Assembly: GCA_030390025.1 (NCBI GenBank)
Contig: CM059432.1
Coordinates: 46,378,001-46,442,000 of the forward strand
Length of the DNA stretch: 64,000 bases
Source of the DNA: Squalus acanthias
Lineage: Eukaryota
Reading direction: 5' to 3'
Under the pieces are notes generated by a model. The model was not told the origin of the DNA. It worked only from the letters and a program-made list of their open reading frames with translations, and ran no database searches. Positions 12,271-23,817 of the stretch are shown here, one piece after another. Both the position numbers and the translations under genes were made by a program. The first letter of the stretch is position 1. Each line of letters begins with the position of its first letter.

Positions 12271-12671
12271 GGCTGAGTTCGGATCGGTCGAGGCCCTGTG
12301 GGTGGCGTAGCGGGCCCAGGGGCTGAGTGGCCGGGTCCTGCTCCTACTTCTTGTGTTCTTTAGATTTGAGGTGAGGATCAGATCAGCCATGATCTTATTG
12401 AATGGCGGAGCAGGCTCGAAGGGCCGATTGGCCTACTCCTGCTCCTATTTCTTATGTTCTTATGTTCTTATAAACACCGGCATGGACCTGTTGGGCCGAT
12501 TGGCCTGTTTCTGTGCTGTAGATACTTTGTAATACTTGAAGCATAAGTTTTACAAATTCGGGTTGGCCATAGATATCTTCTCAGGTTCAGTAGTGTCAGT
12601 CACTCCCGTAAGCAGTTTTTTTTTAACCTTTTGTGAATACATTTTTGCTTTAAAAGCATTAAAAGTAACAC

Positions 12672-12899
12672 AATAGCAAAATACTGCGGATGCTGGAAAT
12701 CTGAAATAACAATAGAAAACACTGGAAAAACTCAGCAGGCCAGGCAGCATCCGTGGAGAGAGAAACAGAGTTAAAATCTATTCAATTTCCTGCTTTTTTC
12801 CAGTTCTGATGAAAGGTCTTCGACCTGAAACGTTAACTCTGTTTCTCTCTCCACGGATGCTGCCTGGCCTGCTGAGTTTTTCCAGCGTTTTCTGTTGTT
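12672..12899. mobile_element. Penelope-like element terminal fragment in inverted (hairpin) arrangement
   Basis: About 70-nt inverted arms (12705-12774 / 12833-12902). 14-bp direct repeat ATTAAAAGTAACAC at 12658-12671 and 12900-12913. Contains a hammerhead core. Confidence 0.8.
12802..12838 (+). ncRNA. Minimal type I hammerhead ribozyme motif
   Basis: AGTT-CTGATGA-A-AGGTC(TTC)GACCT-GAAAC-GTT/AACT: stem I AGTT:AACT, 5-bp stem II, palindromic AACGTT in place of stem III. Confidence 0.8.
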
Positions 12900-12959
12900 A
12901 TTAAAAGTAACACTTATTTTCAAATCCTTTCTGTGGAAAAATGGTCAAATAATTCTGAA

Positions 12960-13165
12960 ACATAACAATAACCTTCTTCCATGAGGCATGCTTCCAATTC
13001 TCTTTCAGATGTGCCACACTGTACAACTACATCTTTATTATGTATAAGTATTTTCATATTGTTGCTTCAGAGATGATCATCTTGACCTCATCCAGACAGT
13101 TCCATGTAAAGTCCTGTTCTTTCTTCAATTGGTCAGAGAAAGGGGTCATTACCACTGACAACTTG
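12960..13165 (-). mobile_element. Ty3/Gypsy remnant, RT connection and start of RNase H
   Basis: Minus strand: DQLKKEQDFTWN...NKDVVVQCGTSERELEACLMEEG, a decayed form of the xQCDASxxGLGAxL motif. Confidence 0.7.
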
Positions 13166-13833
13166 CTTGTGGCAGGACAAGTTGATAAGGCTGATAAACA
13201 GCATACGGGATCCTGAGCTTTATAAATAGAGGCATATAGTATGAAAGCAAGGAAGTTACACTACACCTTTATAAATCACTGGTTAGGCCTTAGCTGGAGC
13301 ATCGTGTCCAATTCTGCGCACCACAGTTTAGCAAGGGTTTCAAGGCCTTGGAAAGGGTGAAAAGGCGATTTACTGGAATGGTACCAGGGATTCGGGACTT
13401 CAGTTTTGTGGGGAGACGAGAGAAGCTGAGATTATTCTCCTTAGAGTATAGAAGGTTAAGAGGAGATTTAATAGATGTGTTCAAAATTATGAAAAGTTTT
13501 GATAGAGTAAATAAGGAGAAACTGTTTCCACTGGCAGGAGGGTCAGTAACCAGAGGACACAGATTGAAGGTAATTGGCAAAAGAACCAGAGACGACATGA
13601 GGAGAATTTTTTTTGTGTAGCGAGTTGTTATGAACTGGAATGCACTGCCTGAAAGGGTGGTGGAAGTAGATTCAATAATAACTTTCAAAAGGGAATTGGA
13701 TATATACTTGAAGCAGAAAAATTTGCAGGGCTATGTGGAAAGAGCGGGGGAGTGGGACTAATTGGATAGCTCTTTCAAAGACCTGGCATAGGCATGATGG
13801 GCTGAATGGCCTCCTTCTGTGCTGTATGATTCT
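13166..13833 (+). mobile_element. CR1 3' fragment (different subfamily)
   Basis: RRLRGDLIDVFKIMK and tail ggccTCCTTCTGTGCTGTATGATTCTA. Confidence 0.88.
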
Positions 13834-13835
13834 AA

Positions 13836-14640
13836 CTTTGGAGAAACTGTTCTCTGCACTTGTTGCAAGTGGGAGAAAACATCTTATGCACTGATTCAAC
13901 TTGATGAGGATTTGGTTTCATTTTATCTTTGTTCAGTTTGACATCTTTTTGTTGACATCATTTTATTCGGGCTTCTAGTTTCTGATCATGATCTTGTTCA
14001 TCTATAACATATACTAAAATGTTGTCTGCCATGACAGTGACTCCCTCCAGATTTCAAGTGCCTGGTGAAGCCTTCTCTCAAATTCATCAGGGGCTAGAAT
14101 GATTCCAAAAGCCATCTGCAACCAGCTGTATCTGCCAAACAGAGTTGAAAAGATAGTCAGCTGACTCAGATGTTCAGCAAATACAACCTACCAAAACCCA
14201 TTCTTTGTAGCCACAGCAGAAATATTTTAGCTTTCACTAGTTCAGACAAGTAAGAAGTGATTATGTTTGAGGGCTTTGCTCAGTGGCTTTAGATCAATGC
14301 ATAGGTGCACTTTATGATTCACTTTCATGACTATCATCATGGGAAAGGCCTAGTTCATCAGGGCTACTGACTGGTGAAAGAATAGGTGCATCAATGAGGT
14401 TGTTAATATGCATTTTGACAAGTTCTTTCACAGCTGGAGTTAGTTTCCTGACTGGCTTCTGTGGAGGTCGGATTTTGAGATTAATTTGTAGTGTCTTCTA
14501 ACCAACCCCTCCTTTGAAGATGTCCTGGTACTTGGTCAGTACATCTTGTTTGTGTGGTTTGATAAATTAACCATCATCGTAATGCTCTCATAGGTCACTG
14601 CATGATGCAGATGCTGAGTGACTCTAGCACCTAGAACAGG
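13836..14640 (-). mobile_element. Ty3/Gypsy remnant, reverse transcriptase
   Basis: Minus strand: DVLTKYQDIFKG; KVHLCIDLKPLSKALK; KNGFW*V...LTIFSTLFGRYSWLQMAFGIILAPDEFERRL; VMADNILVY...DHDQKL...KLNKDK. Confidence 0.85.
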
Positions 14641-14719
14641 ACTGTGTCTACTTTTTACCCCATATCCTCTCCATCACTAAACTGCCAACCTTCTCCTGTG
14701 TAACATTGCCCATCTCTGC

Positions 14720-15614
14720 TAGGTTGACCATACGTTCCTGTTTTCTGGGGACAGTCCCCAGATTAGGTACTGTGTCCCCGGGCAAACAACGTCTCTGGAA
14801 GAGTCCTCGGTTCAGGAAACTCATCGCTGAATAGAGCCATATTCATTGGTCTGCTGGTCGGCAGGAGTTGCATTTTAACTTTATTTTTGGATAAACTGGA
14901 AAAATTCAATCTTTGTTTTTTTAAACATGAATGTACAGAAACTCCAGGGGCAGCTTCTCGTCCCATTCACGCCCAGTTTGAGCTCAGGAATGGATTCCAG
15001 GAGCCGGTTGAATGGAGGCGACGATGGCGGCCCCACCTTCCCACAATGCAAGGCGGCGGAGAAAAGGCCCCATCAATAGCTCAGGCCACACTGCACGCTC
15101 AGTGATTGAGTCACCTGACCCCGTGTTTCGGCCAATAGTGACTGGCCGGAGGGTGGAACCTTTAAAATGCGTGGGAAAAGCCGAGGGCACGGTGAGAGCT
15201 GGTGGGTGAGTGGATTTACTTTACCTCCAAGATCAGTATGGTGCATCGTGTTTTTTTTAATGAATAAGGCAAGCTCTAAATTATCCCACCGGGAAGAGGC
15301 TTCTGAAACCTTCTGAGGCAGAGGCTGTTTCACACCTTATATGGAAAGTCAGAGTTTGTTTGGAACAGATTTAAAATTGAGAAATTAAAAGTTAGGGTAT
15401 TCGGAGAAGAGTATAGATGGTACAGTACTATTGCCAGAACACCTGCAAGATTCGAGATTCGGTGTAAAGTGAAAATAGTATTATCTCTACATGTATTCCA
15501 CTAGCAGAAGCAACAAAGTCATCATGCCGGTTTTCTTCAAACTCGTCCTGGCTACTTTGCTGTGCTCCCATCCTGTGTGTCCCCGGATTCGGTTTAGAAA
15601 ATATGCTCACCCTA
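14720..15614. mobile_element. Non-autonomous hAT-type DNA transposon
   Basis: TIRs TAGGTTGACCATA / TATGCTCACCCTA. 8-bp TSD ATCTCTGC (14712-14719) vs ATTTCTGC (15615-15622). Subterminal GTCCCC motifs. Confidence 0.8.
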
Positions 15615-15730
15615 ATTTCTGCCCCACCTCAGCCCGACTGCTGCCAAAACCCTCTTCCATACCTTTGTCACCACTAGACTCGACTATTCCAATGCTCTTC
15701 TGGGCAGACATCCATCCTCCACCTTCTGCA

Positions 15731-18700
15731 CAGGGCGGACGTAAACGGAGTGGACTTGAACAGAGTGTTTTATTTGGGAATTTGGAAAGAGTGGGAAATT
15801 GGAGAAGAGGGGGAAGGAGTTGCTGCTTTTTGCCTACACTACTTGTAGTGCTTTGTGTTATAGGTAGATATTTAATTTCAGTCCCCATAACCTAATCTAG
15901 ATCAAGTAAGTAGTCAAGAAACTACACTGTAAACTAAGTTACCTAATTACAAATTTAATTACATTTAATTAAATAAAACAAGGTCATATAGGGATGGCAG
16001 TGCAGGTGATGTGCCGCAACTGCAGCATGTGGGAGTTTATGGAGAGCATTGTGATCCCGGACAATCACGTTTGCAGTAAGTGCCTGCATCTTGAGGAACT
16101 TCAGCTCAGAGTTTTTGAGCTGGAGTCTGAGGTGCAGACATTGCGGGGCATCAGGGATGGGGAGAGTTACCTGGACACTTTGATCCAGGAGGCAGTCACA
16201 CCCCTTAGGGTAGGTAGTGGTACAGGTCTGGTTAGTGGTCAGAGACAGGAGGGTGTGGCTGCAATTCAGGCAGGTGCAGTCCTGGAGGAGCCTCAGCCTT
16301 TGCCCTTGTCCAACAGCTATGAGGTTCTTGCTGCCTGTGTGGATGAGGGAAAAGCTTGCAGGATGGATGAGCAAACTGACCATGGCACCATGGTGCAGGA
16401 GGCCATTCAAGTGGGGGGTGTGAAAGGGAATGTAGTTGTGGTAGGGGACAGTATAGTCAGGGGGATAGATACTGTTCTCTGCAGCCGCGAGCGAGAGTTC
16501 CGAAGGTTGTGTTGCCTGCCCTGAGCCAGGGGTAAAGACATCTCCTCGCGGCTGGAGAAGAACTTGGAGTGAGAGGGGGAGGATCCAGTTGTCATGGCCC
16601 ACGTAGGAACCAACGACGTAGGTAAAACTGGGAATGAGGTTCTGCTGAGGGAGTTTGAGGAGCTAGGATCCAAATTAAAAAGCAGAACCTCAAAGGTAAT
16701 AATCTCTGGATTGTTACCTGAGCCATGCGCAAATTTGCATAGGGACAAACAGATTAGAGGTCTAAATGCATGGCTGAAAGAGTGGTGTGGGAGGAAGGGG
16801 TTTCAGTTCATGGGGCACTGGCACCAGTACAGCGGAAAGAATGAGCTGTTCTGTTGGGATGGCCTTCACTTAAACCGGGCTGGGACCAGTGTCCTGGCAA
16901 ACCGAATAACTAGGGCAGTAGACAGGGCTTTAAACTAATGAAGTGGGGGTTTGGGAGGATTCAGGAAAGAGTAAATTTAAAAGCAGCGAGAGAAATGTTA
17001 AGGCTCTAGAGCAGAGTAGAGGGGGTCAGGAAGGGACAGAGAGAGTAACAAAGGTAATAAGGCATCAGTGACTAAGGTGACATCAGGGAAAAATAGAAAT
17101 AAGTCAAAGCTAAATGCACGATATCTGAATGCGCGAAGCATTCGCAACAAAATAGATGAATTAATAGCGCAGATAGAAATGAACAGGTTTGATCTAATAG
17201 CCATAATGGCGACGTGGTTGCAAAGTGGCCAAGGTTGGGAACTAAATATTCCAGGATACTTAACTTTTAGAAGAGATAGGCAAAATGGAAAAAGAGGAGG
17301 GGTAGCCCTGATAATAAAGAACGGGATAAAGACAGTAGAGAGAAAGGATCTTGGCTCCGAAAATCAAGAAGTAGAATCTGTTTGGGTGGAGCTAAGAAAC
17401 AGCAAGGGGCATAAAACATTGGTGGGAGTTATTTATAGGCCCCTAAATAATAGTTGTAATGTAGGGCAGAGTATAAATCAGGAAATTAGAGGCGCATGTA
17501 ACAAGGGTAATACAGTAATCATGGGGGACTTTAATCTACATATAGACTGGGCAAACCAAATTTGCAGTAATAGTGTGGAGGACGAATTCATGGAATGTAT
17601 GCAAGATAGTTTTCTAGATCAGTATGTTGAGGAACCAACGAGGGAACAGGCTATTTTAGATCTCGTATCGTGCAATGAGAAATGGTTAATTAATAACCTT
17701 GTAGTAAAGGGGCTTTAGGGAAGAGTGACCATAATATGATAGAATTTTATATTGAGTTTGAAAGTTAAAGATCGTATTAGATCAAAGGAAGAAGCTTATA
17801 ATGTTGCTAAAAAGAGTAGTAAGCCTGAGGATTGGGAGGATTTTAGAATTCAGCTAAGGAGGGCCAAGAAATTGATAAAGAAAAGGAAAATAGAATATGA
17901 GAGTAAACTAGCGAGAGACATAAAAACAGACTGTAAAAGCATTTTAAGTATGTAAAAAGGAAAAGATTAGCAAAAGTAAATATGGGTCCCTTATAGGCTG
18001 AGACAGGAGAAATTATAATGGGGAATAAGGAAATGGCAGAGAAATTAAACAAATACTTTGGGCGCGATCTTACCTCTCGGTGTGAGTTGGGAGCGGGTCA
18101 GCTGACTGGCGGGTTCTGATCCCGCCCCCAACGACGCCCGACGCACACACGTAATTTTACGTCAATTAGCCTTGTTAAGCCTGCCCTGTGGGCTTGCCGG
18201 CCAATTAAGAGAAAGCCGGTGTCAGATGACATCAGTTGATGACGCGTCATCTGCCGGTTTTCTTAAAGGGGACACGCTCATTTTTTTTCGACGCATGATT
18301 TTTCAGTGTTTGACAGCATTGAGGTGCTGCAAGCATTGCTGGTCACTGTACAAAGGTGAGCCCTTGCACCCAGACTCTCCAGAGACTCTCTCATTAGGAT
18401 AAAAGAGATGGCTGCTGCAGGTGAGGTTACAGAAGCGATCTGTCACTGGTGAGAGAGGTTCCCCCAATGAGATGGGACTACACAAAGACTTCAAACCTTA
18501 TTACCTACAGAAAAGTCTAAATACATTAAAAATGATTTCCCCAACATTTTCTTACCTCTGAAACTCACCAGTGTACCATTGGATCCTTCACACCACTTCT
18601 GCAGCTGTCATCAATGCAGAAACATTACAGTAGACCCACAGCATGCACACTTACCCTGGTGTGGTGTCCGGACATTGGGAAGCCCGCAATCGACCTGGCA

Positions 18701-20653
18701 AAATTGAAAAAAGCTTCTCTACTGCCTGTTAACTACCTGTTAACAGGCAGTTAAGTGGCTATAATCCTCTTCCCACCGCTAGGTGTCGGGTCCCTGCGCA
18801 AATCGGGGACCTGACACTTGGAAAGATTGTATGGAGGCGGGTTGACAGCAGGTTTGGGACCCGCTGTCAATCTTTGCAATTTTGCCAACAGTCCCGCCTC
18901 CAAACCCGCCCCCTGAGTGTTGGCAAAATTCCCCCCTTTGTGTCTGTCTTTACGGAAGAAGACGCAAAATACTTCCCGGAAATAGTGGAGAACCAAGGGT
19001 CTAGCGAGAATGAAGAATTGAAAGAAATTAGTATTAGTAAAAAAATAGTACTGGAGAAATTAATGGGACTGAAAGTCGATAAATCCCCTTGACCTGATGG
19101 CCTACATCCTAGGGTTTTGAAAGAGGTGGCTATAGAGATAGTGGATGCATTGGTTCATTTTCCAAAATTCCATAGATTCTAGAATGGTTCCCGCGGATTG
19201 GAAGGTAGCAAATGTAACCCCACTATTTAAGAAAGGAGGGAGCGTGAAAACGGGGAACTACAGACCAGTTAGCCTGACATCAGCAGTAGGGAAAATGCTA
19301 GAATCTATTATTAAGGACGTGGTAACAGGGCACTTAGTAAATAATAATAGGATTGGGCAGAGTCAACATAGATTTATGAAAGGGAAATCGAGTTTGACAA
19401 ATCTGTTAGAGTTTTTTGAGGTTGTAACTAGCAGAATAGATAAGGGGGAACCAATGGATGTGGTGTATTTAGATTTTAAGAAGGCATTTGATAAGGTCCC
19501 ACACAAGAGGTTATTAAACAACATTAGGGCTCATGGGATTAATATACGAGCATGGATTGAGGATTGGTTAACAGACAGAAAACAGAGAGCAGGAATAAAC
19601 GGGTCATTTTCAGGTTGGCAGGCTATAACTGGTGGGGAACCTCAAGGATCAGTGCTTGGGACTCAGCTATTCGCAATCTATATCAATGATTTTGATAAGA
19701 GGACCAAATGTAATATATCCAAGTTTGCTGATGATACAAAGCTGGGTGGGAATGTAAGTTGTGAGGAGGATGCAAGAGGCTTCAAGAGGATGTAGACAGG
19801 CTAAGTGAATGGGCAAGAACATGGGAAATGGAATATAATGTGGAGAAATGTGAAGTTATCCACTTTGGTAGGAAAAGTAGAAAAGCAGAGTATTTTTTAA
19901 ATGGTGAGAGATTGGGCAGTTTTGGTGTTCAGAGGGACCTAGGTGTCCTTGTACACGAATCACTGAAAGTTAACATACAGGTACAGCAAGCAATTAGGAA
20001 AGCAAATGGTATGTTGGCCTTTATTACATAAGGATTTGAGTATAAGAGTAAAGACGTCTTACTGCAATTATATAGGGCCCTGGTGAGAGCACACCTGGAG
20101 TATTGTGTACAGTTTTGGTCTCCTTACCTAAGGAAGGATATACTTGCCATAGAGGGAGTGCAACGAAGGTTCACCAGACTGGTAACTGGGATGGGGGGAT
20201 TGTCCTATGAGGACAGATTGACTAGACTAGGCCTATATTCTCTAGAGTTTAGAAGAATGAGAGGTGATCTCATTGAAACATACAAAATTCTTACAGGGCT
20301 TGGCAGGGTAGATGCAGGGAGCATGTTTCCCCTGGCTGTGGAATCTAGAACCAGGGGTCACAGTCTCAGAATAAGGGGTCAGCCATTTAGGACTGAGATG
20401 AGGAGACATTTCTTTACTCAGAGGTGGTGAATCTTTGGAATTCTCTACCCCAGAGGGCTGTGGAAGCTTAGTCGTTGAGTATATTCAAGACAGAGATCGA
20501 TAGATTTTTGAATATTAAGGGAATCAAGGGATATGGGGATAGTTCAGGAAAGTGGAGATGAGGTAGAAGATCAGCCATGATCTTATTGAATGGCGGAGCA
20601 GGCTCGAAGGGCCAAATGGTCTACTCCAGCTCCTATTTCTTATGTTCTTATGT
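15731..20653 (+). mobile_element. Largely full-length decayed CR1 LINE
   Basis: ORF1 (15994-16938, with stops), endonuclease (17068-17718), RT (19145-20430), (TTCTTATG)n tail. TGCA flanks both ends. Confidence 0.93.
18060..18936. mobile_element. Harbinger-type MITE inside CR1
   Basis: Ends GGGCGCGATCTTACC / GGCAAAATTCCCCCC with TTT TSD. Host restores to aaatactttgtgtctg (KYFVS). Confidence 0.85.
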
Positions 20654-21177
20654 TGCATAAACTTCAGCTCATCCAAAATTCTGCTTCCCATATCCGAACC
20701 TACACCAAATCCCATTCATCCAATACCCTTGTACTAGCTAACCTACATTGGCTCCCGGTCCCCCAATGAGTTAAATTGATAATTCTCTTCTCGAGTTCAA
20801 ATCCCTTCATGGCCTTGCCCCTCCCTTATTTCTGTTACTTCTTAGTCTTACAACCGTCTGTGAGCTCTGCATTCATCGAACTCTGGCTTCTTGTGCATCC
20901 CCCATTCCTTTCGCTCCACTATTAGCGCATGTGCCTTCACACGTCTAGACCTTACACTCTGGACTTCCCTCCCTAAACTTCTCTGCGTCTCCATCTCTCT
21001 CTCCTCTTTTAAGATCCTCCTTAAAACCTACCTCTTTGACCAAGCTTTTAGTCACCCCTTCTAATATTTCCTTCTTTGGCTCAGTGTCGAATTTTGTCTG
21101 ATTACGCTCCTGTGAAGTGCCTTGTAACATTTTTCTATGTTAATAACGCTATATAAATGCATGCTGTTGTTGTCTTT

Positions 21178-21403
21178 GTCATTGAGGATGATGAAGAAAC
21201 TCAGTGGTATTTCATGTTGTCCAGGTTTTAACATTGACCATTCTGTTCCTCAATGGCATCATTCCTGTTTTGTTGAGTATGAACAGTTAAGTGTTAATAT
21301 CCTGAAACTCTCTGCAATTTGGATCACAAATCAGCTTACAGTATTCATTCTCAGATAAAAGATTGACTCCAGCAATACAATCCAGCTGAAATTTAACTTG
21401 TTC
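21178..21403 (-). mobile_element. Ty3/Gypsy remnant, aspartic protease
   Basis: Minus strand EQVKFQLDCIAGVNLLSE, a decayed form of the FQLD(T/S)GAxVNLL motif. Confidence 0.7.
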
Positions 21404-21958
21404 TTTTTTGTTTTTTTCATTCTGGAATGTGGGTGTCGCTGGCAAGGCCAGCATTTATTGCCCATCCCTAATTGCCCTAGAGAAGGTGGTGGTGAGCCAC
21501 CTTCTTGAACCGCTGCAGTCCTTGTGGTGAAGGTACTCCCACAGTGCTGTTAGGAAGGAAGTTCCAGGATTTTGGCCCAGCGATGATGAAGGAACGGCCA
21601 GATATTTTCAAGTCAGGATGGTGTGTAACTTGGAGGAGGATGTGGAGGTGATGGTGTTCCCATGCTTCTGCTGCCCTTGCCCTTCTAGGTAGTAGAGGTC
21701 GCGGGTTTGGGAGGTGCTGCCGAAGAAGCCTTGGCGAGTTGCTGTAGTGCATCTTGTAGATGGTACACACTGCAGCCACGGTACGCCGGTGGTGGAGGGA
21801 GTGAATGTTAAAGGTGGTGGATGGGATGCCAATCAAGTGGGCTGCTTTGTCCTGGATGATGTCGAGCTTCTTGAGTGTTGTTGGAGCTGCACTCATCCAG
21901 GCAAGAGGAGAGTATTCCATCACACTCCTTACTTGTGCCTTGTAGATGGTGGAAAGTC
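21404..21958 (-). mobile_element. LINE family B 3' fragment
   Basis: ORF 21477-21923 (MEYSPLAWMSAAPTTLKKLD) is closely similar to ORF 39470-39925. Confidence 0.9.
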
Positions 21959-21959
21959 T

Positions 21960-22218
21960 TTTGAGCGTATTGGCATCTTAGCATACTAATCTTCTACACT
22001 CCAGCTACGTAAAGAGAATGTTATCTTCATCTGATTCGCCATTAGCAGCTGTTTGCCTTTGGTCTGATTTCTGGACTTTGATTCTTGGCTGACAACTGGT
22101 TCAGTTTTCTACATGTATTACTCTTTGAACCCAAACAGGTTTCTTTCTTTCTGGCATGGCATTTTTCATAGTATTTACAATGCATTTCAGGAGCTTTCCA
22201 AAATTTCAGAGGATTCAT
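21960..22218 (-). mobile_element. Ty3/Gypsy remnant, gag zinc-knuckle region
   Basis: CKYYEKCHARKKETC...NTCRKLNQLSAK resembles a decayed double CCHC knuckle and sits between the gag N-terminal and protease fragments. Confidence 0.55.
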
Positions 22219-23817
22219 ATAAGAACATAAGAAATAGGAGCAGGAGTAGGCCAATCGGCCCCTCGAGCCTGCTCCGCCATTCAATAAGATCATGGCTGAT
22301 CTGATCCTAACCGCCAATCTACTATCTATCACAGAACCATCTCCTGCATCTAACAGAATTGCACACACGAAATAGGAGCAGAATCAGGCTACACGGTCCC
22401 TGGGCCCGCTCCACTACCCACAGGGCCATGACCGGATCCGAACCTAGACTCATGTTCAAATTCCTGCCCGCTCCCCGTAACCCTTAATGCCCTTTACTTC
22501 TAGGAAACTGTCTATTTCTGTTTTAAATTTATTTAATGATGTAGCTTCTACAGCTTTTTGTGGCAGCATATTCCATGGACCTACCACCCTCTGAGTGAAG
22601 TAGTTCCTCCTCATCTCAGTTTTGAAAGAGCAGCCCCTTATTCTAAGACTATGTCCCCTAGTTCTAGTCTCACCCGTCATCGGGAACATCCTCCCCGCAT
22701 CCACCCGATCCAACCCCTTCACAATCTTATATGTTTCAATAAGATCGCCTCTCATTCTTCTGAACTCCAATGAGTAGAGTCCCAATCTACCCAACCTCTC
22801 CTCATATGACCACCCCCTCATCCCCGGGATTAACCGAGTGAACCTTTTTTGCACTGCCTCGAGAGCAAGGATGTCTTTCCTTAAGTAAGGACACCAAAAC
22901 TGTATGCAGTATTCCAGGTGCGGTCTCACAAATACCTTGTACAACTGAAGCAATACCTCCCTATTTTTATATTCTATCCCCCTAGCAATGAAAGCCAACA
23001 TTCCATTTGCCTTCTTAATCACTTGCTGCACCTGCATACTAACCTTTTGAGTTTCGTGCACCAGGACCCCCAGATCCCTTTGCACTTCAGTACTCTCCAG
23101 TTTCTTGCCATTAAGATAATAAATTGCTCTAGGATTTTTCCTGCCAAAGTGCATCACCTCACACTTTCCAGTGTTGTATTCCATCTGCCAAATCTCTGCC
23201 CACTTACTTAGCCTGTCTATGTCCCCTTGCAGGTTTTTTATGTCCTCCTCACTCACTACTTTCCCTCCCATCTTAGTATCATCTGCAAATTTTGATATGT
23301 TACACTTGGTCCCTTCCTCCAAATCGTTAATATAGATTGTAAAGAGTTGGGGACCCAGCACTGACCCCTGTGGAACACCACTAGTTACTGATTGTCAGTC
23401 TGAGAATGAACCATTTATCCCAACTCTTTGCTTTCTGTTAGATAGCCAATCCTCTATCCATGCCAGAATATTACCCCCAATCCCGTGATTTTTTACCTTA
23501 AGCAATAATCTTTTGTGTGGCACCTTGTCAAATGCCTTTTGGAAGTCTAAATACACTACGTCCACTGGTTCCCCTTTATCCACTCTATATGTTACTTCCT
23601 CAAAGAACTCCAGCAAATTTGTCAAACATGACTTCCCCTTCGTAAAACCATGCTGACTTTGTCCTATTAAATTATGATTATCCAAATGTCCTGTTACTGT
23701 TTCCTTAATAATGGACTCCAAAATTTTACCCACCACAGATGTTAGGCTAACCGGTCTATAGTTACCAGCCTTCTGTCTACTGCCCTTTTTAAATAAGGGT
23801 GTTACATTAGCAGTTTT
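22219..23817 (-). mobile_element. 5'-truncated CR1, close relative of the young family
   Basis: ORFs 23395-23844 and 22456-23361, duplicated 3'UTR and tail. Confidence 0.95.

Larger units (their letters stand above)
8235..12469 (+). mobile_element. Near-intact young CR1 LINE
   Basis: ORF1 + ORF2 (endonuclease and RT), duplicated 3'UTR and (TTCTTATG)n tail. Inserted in the 3'UTR of an older CR1. Confidence 0.96.
14641..21175 (+). mobile_element. L2 LINE 3' portion in three pieces (14641-14719, 15615-15730, 20654-21175)
   Basis: The pieces join into the same sequence as 59185-59945 (NIAxLxPxLS..AA.TL...TRLDYSNALL, HKLQLIQNSA) and end in an L2-type tail. Confidence 0.75.

Noticed and set aside
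12386..12435. SECIS-like ATGA..AA..GA pattern in CR1 tails
   Set aside because: ATGA-to-AA spacing is only 8 nt, and the region is better explained by the CR1 3' recognition hairpin.
15491..15895. ORF MYSTSRSNKVIMPVFFKLVLATLLCS as MMP16 exon 1 / signal peptide
   Set aside because: It lies inside a TIR/TSD-bounded hAT MITE and runs into L2 and CR1 sequence without a suitable donor. Exon 1 is probably upstream of the window.
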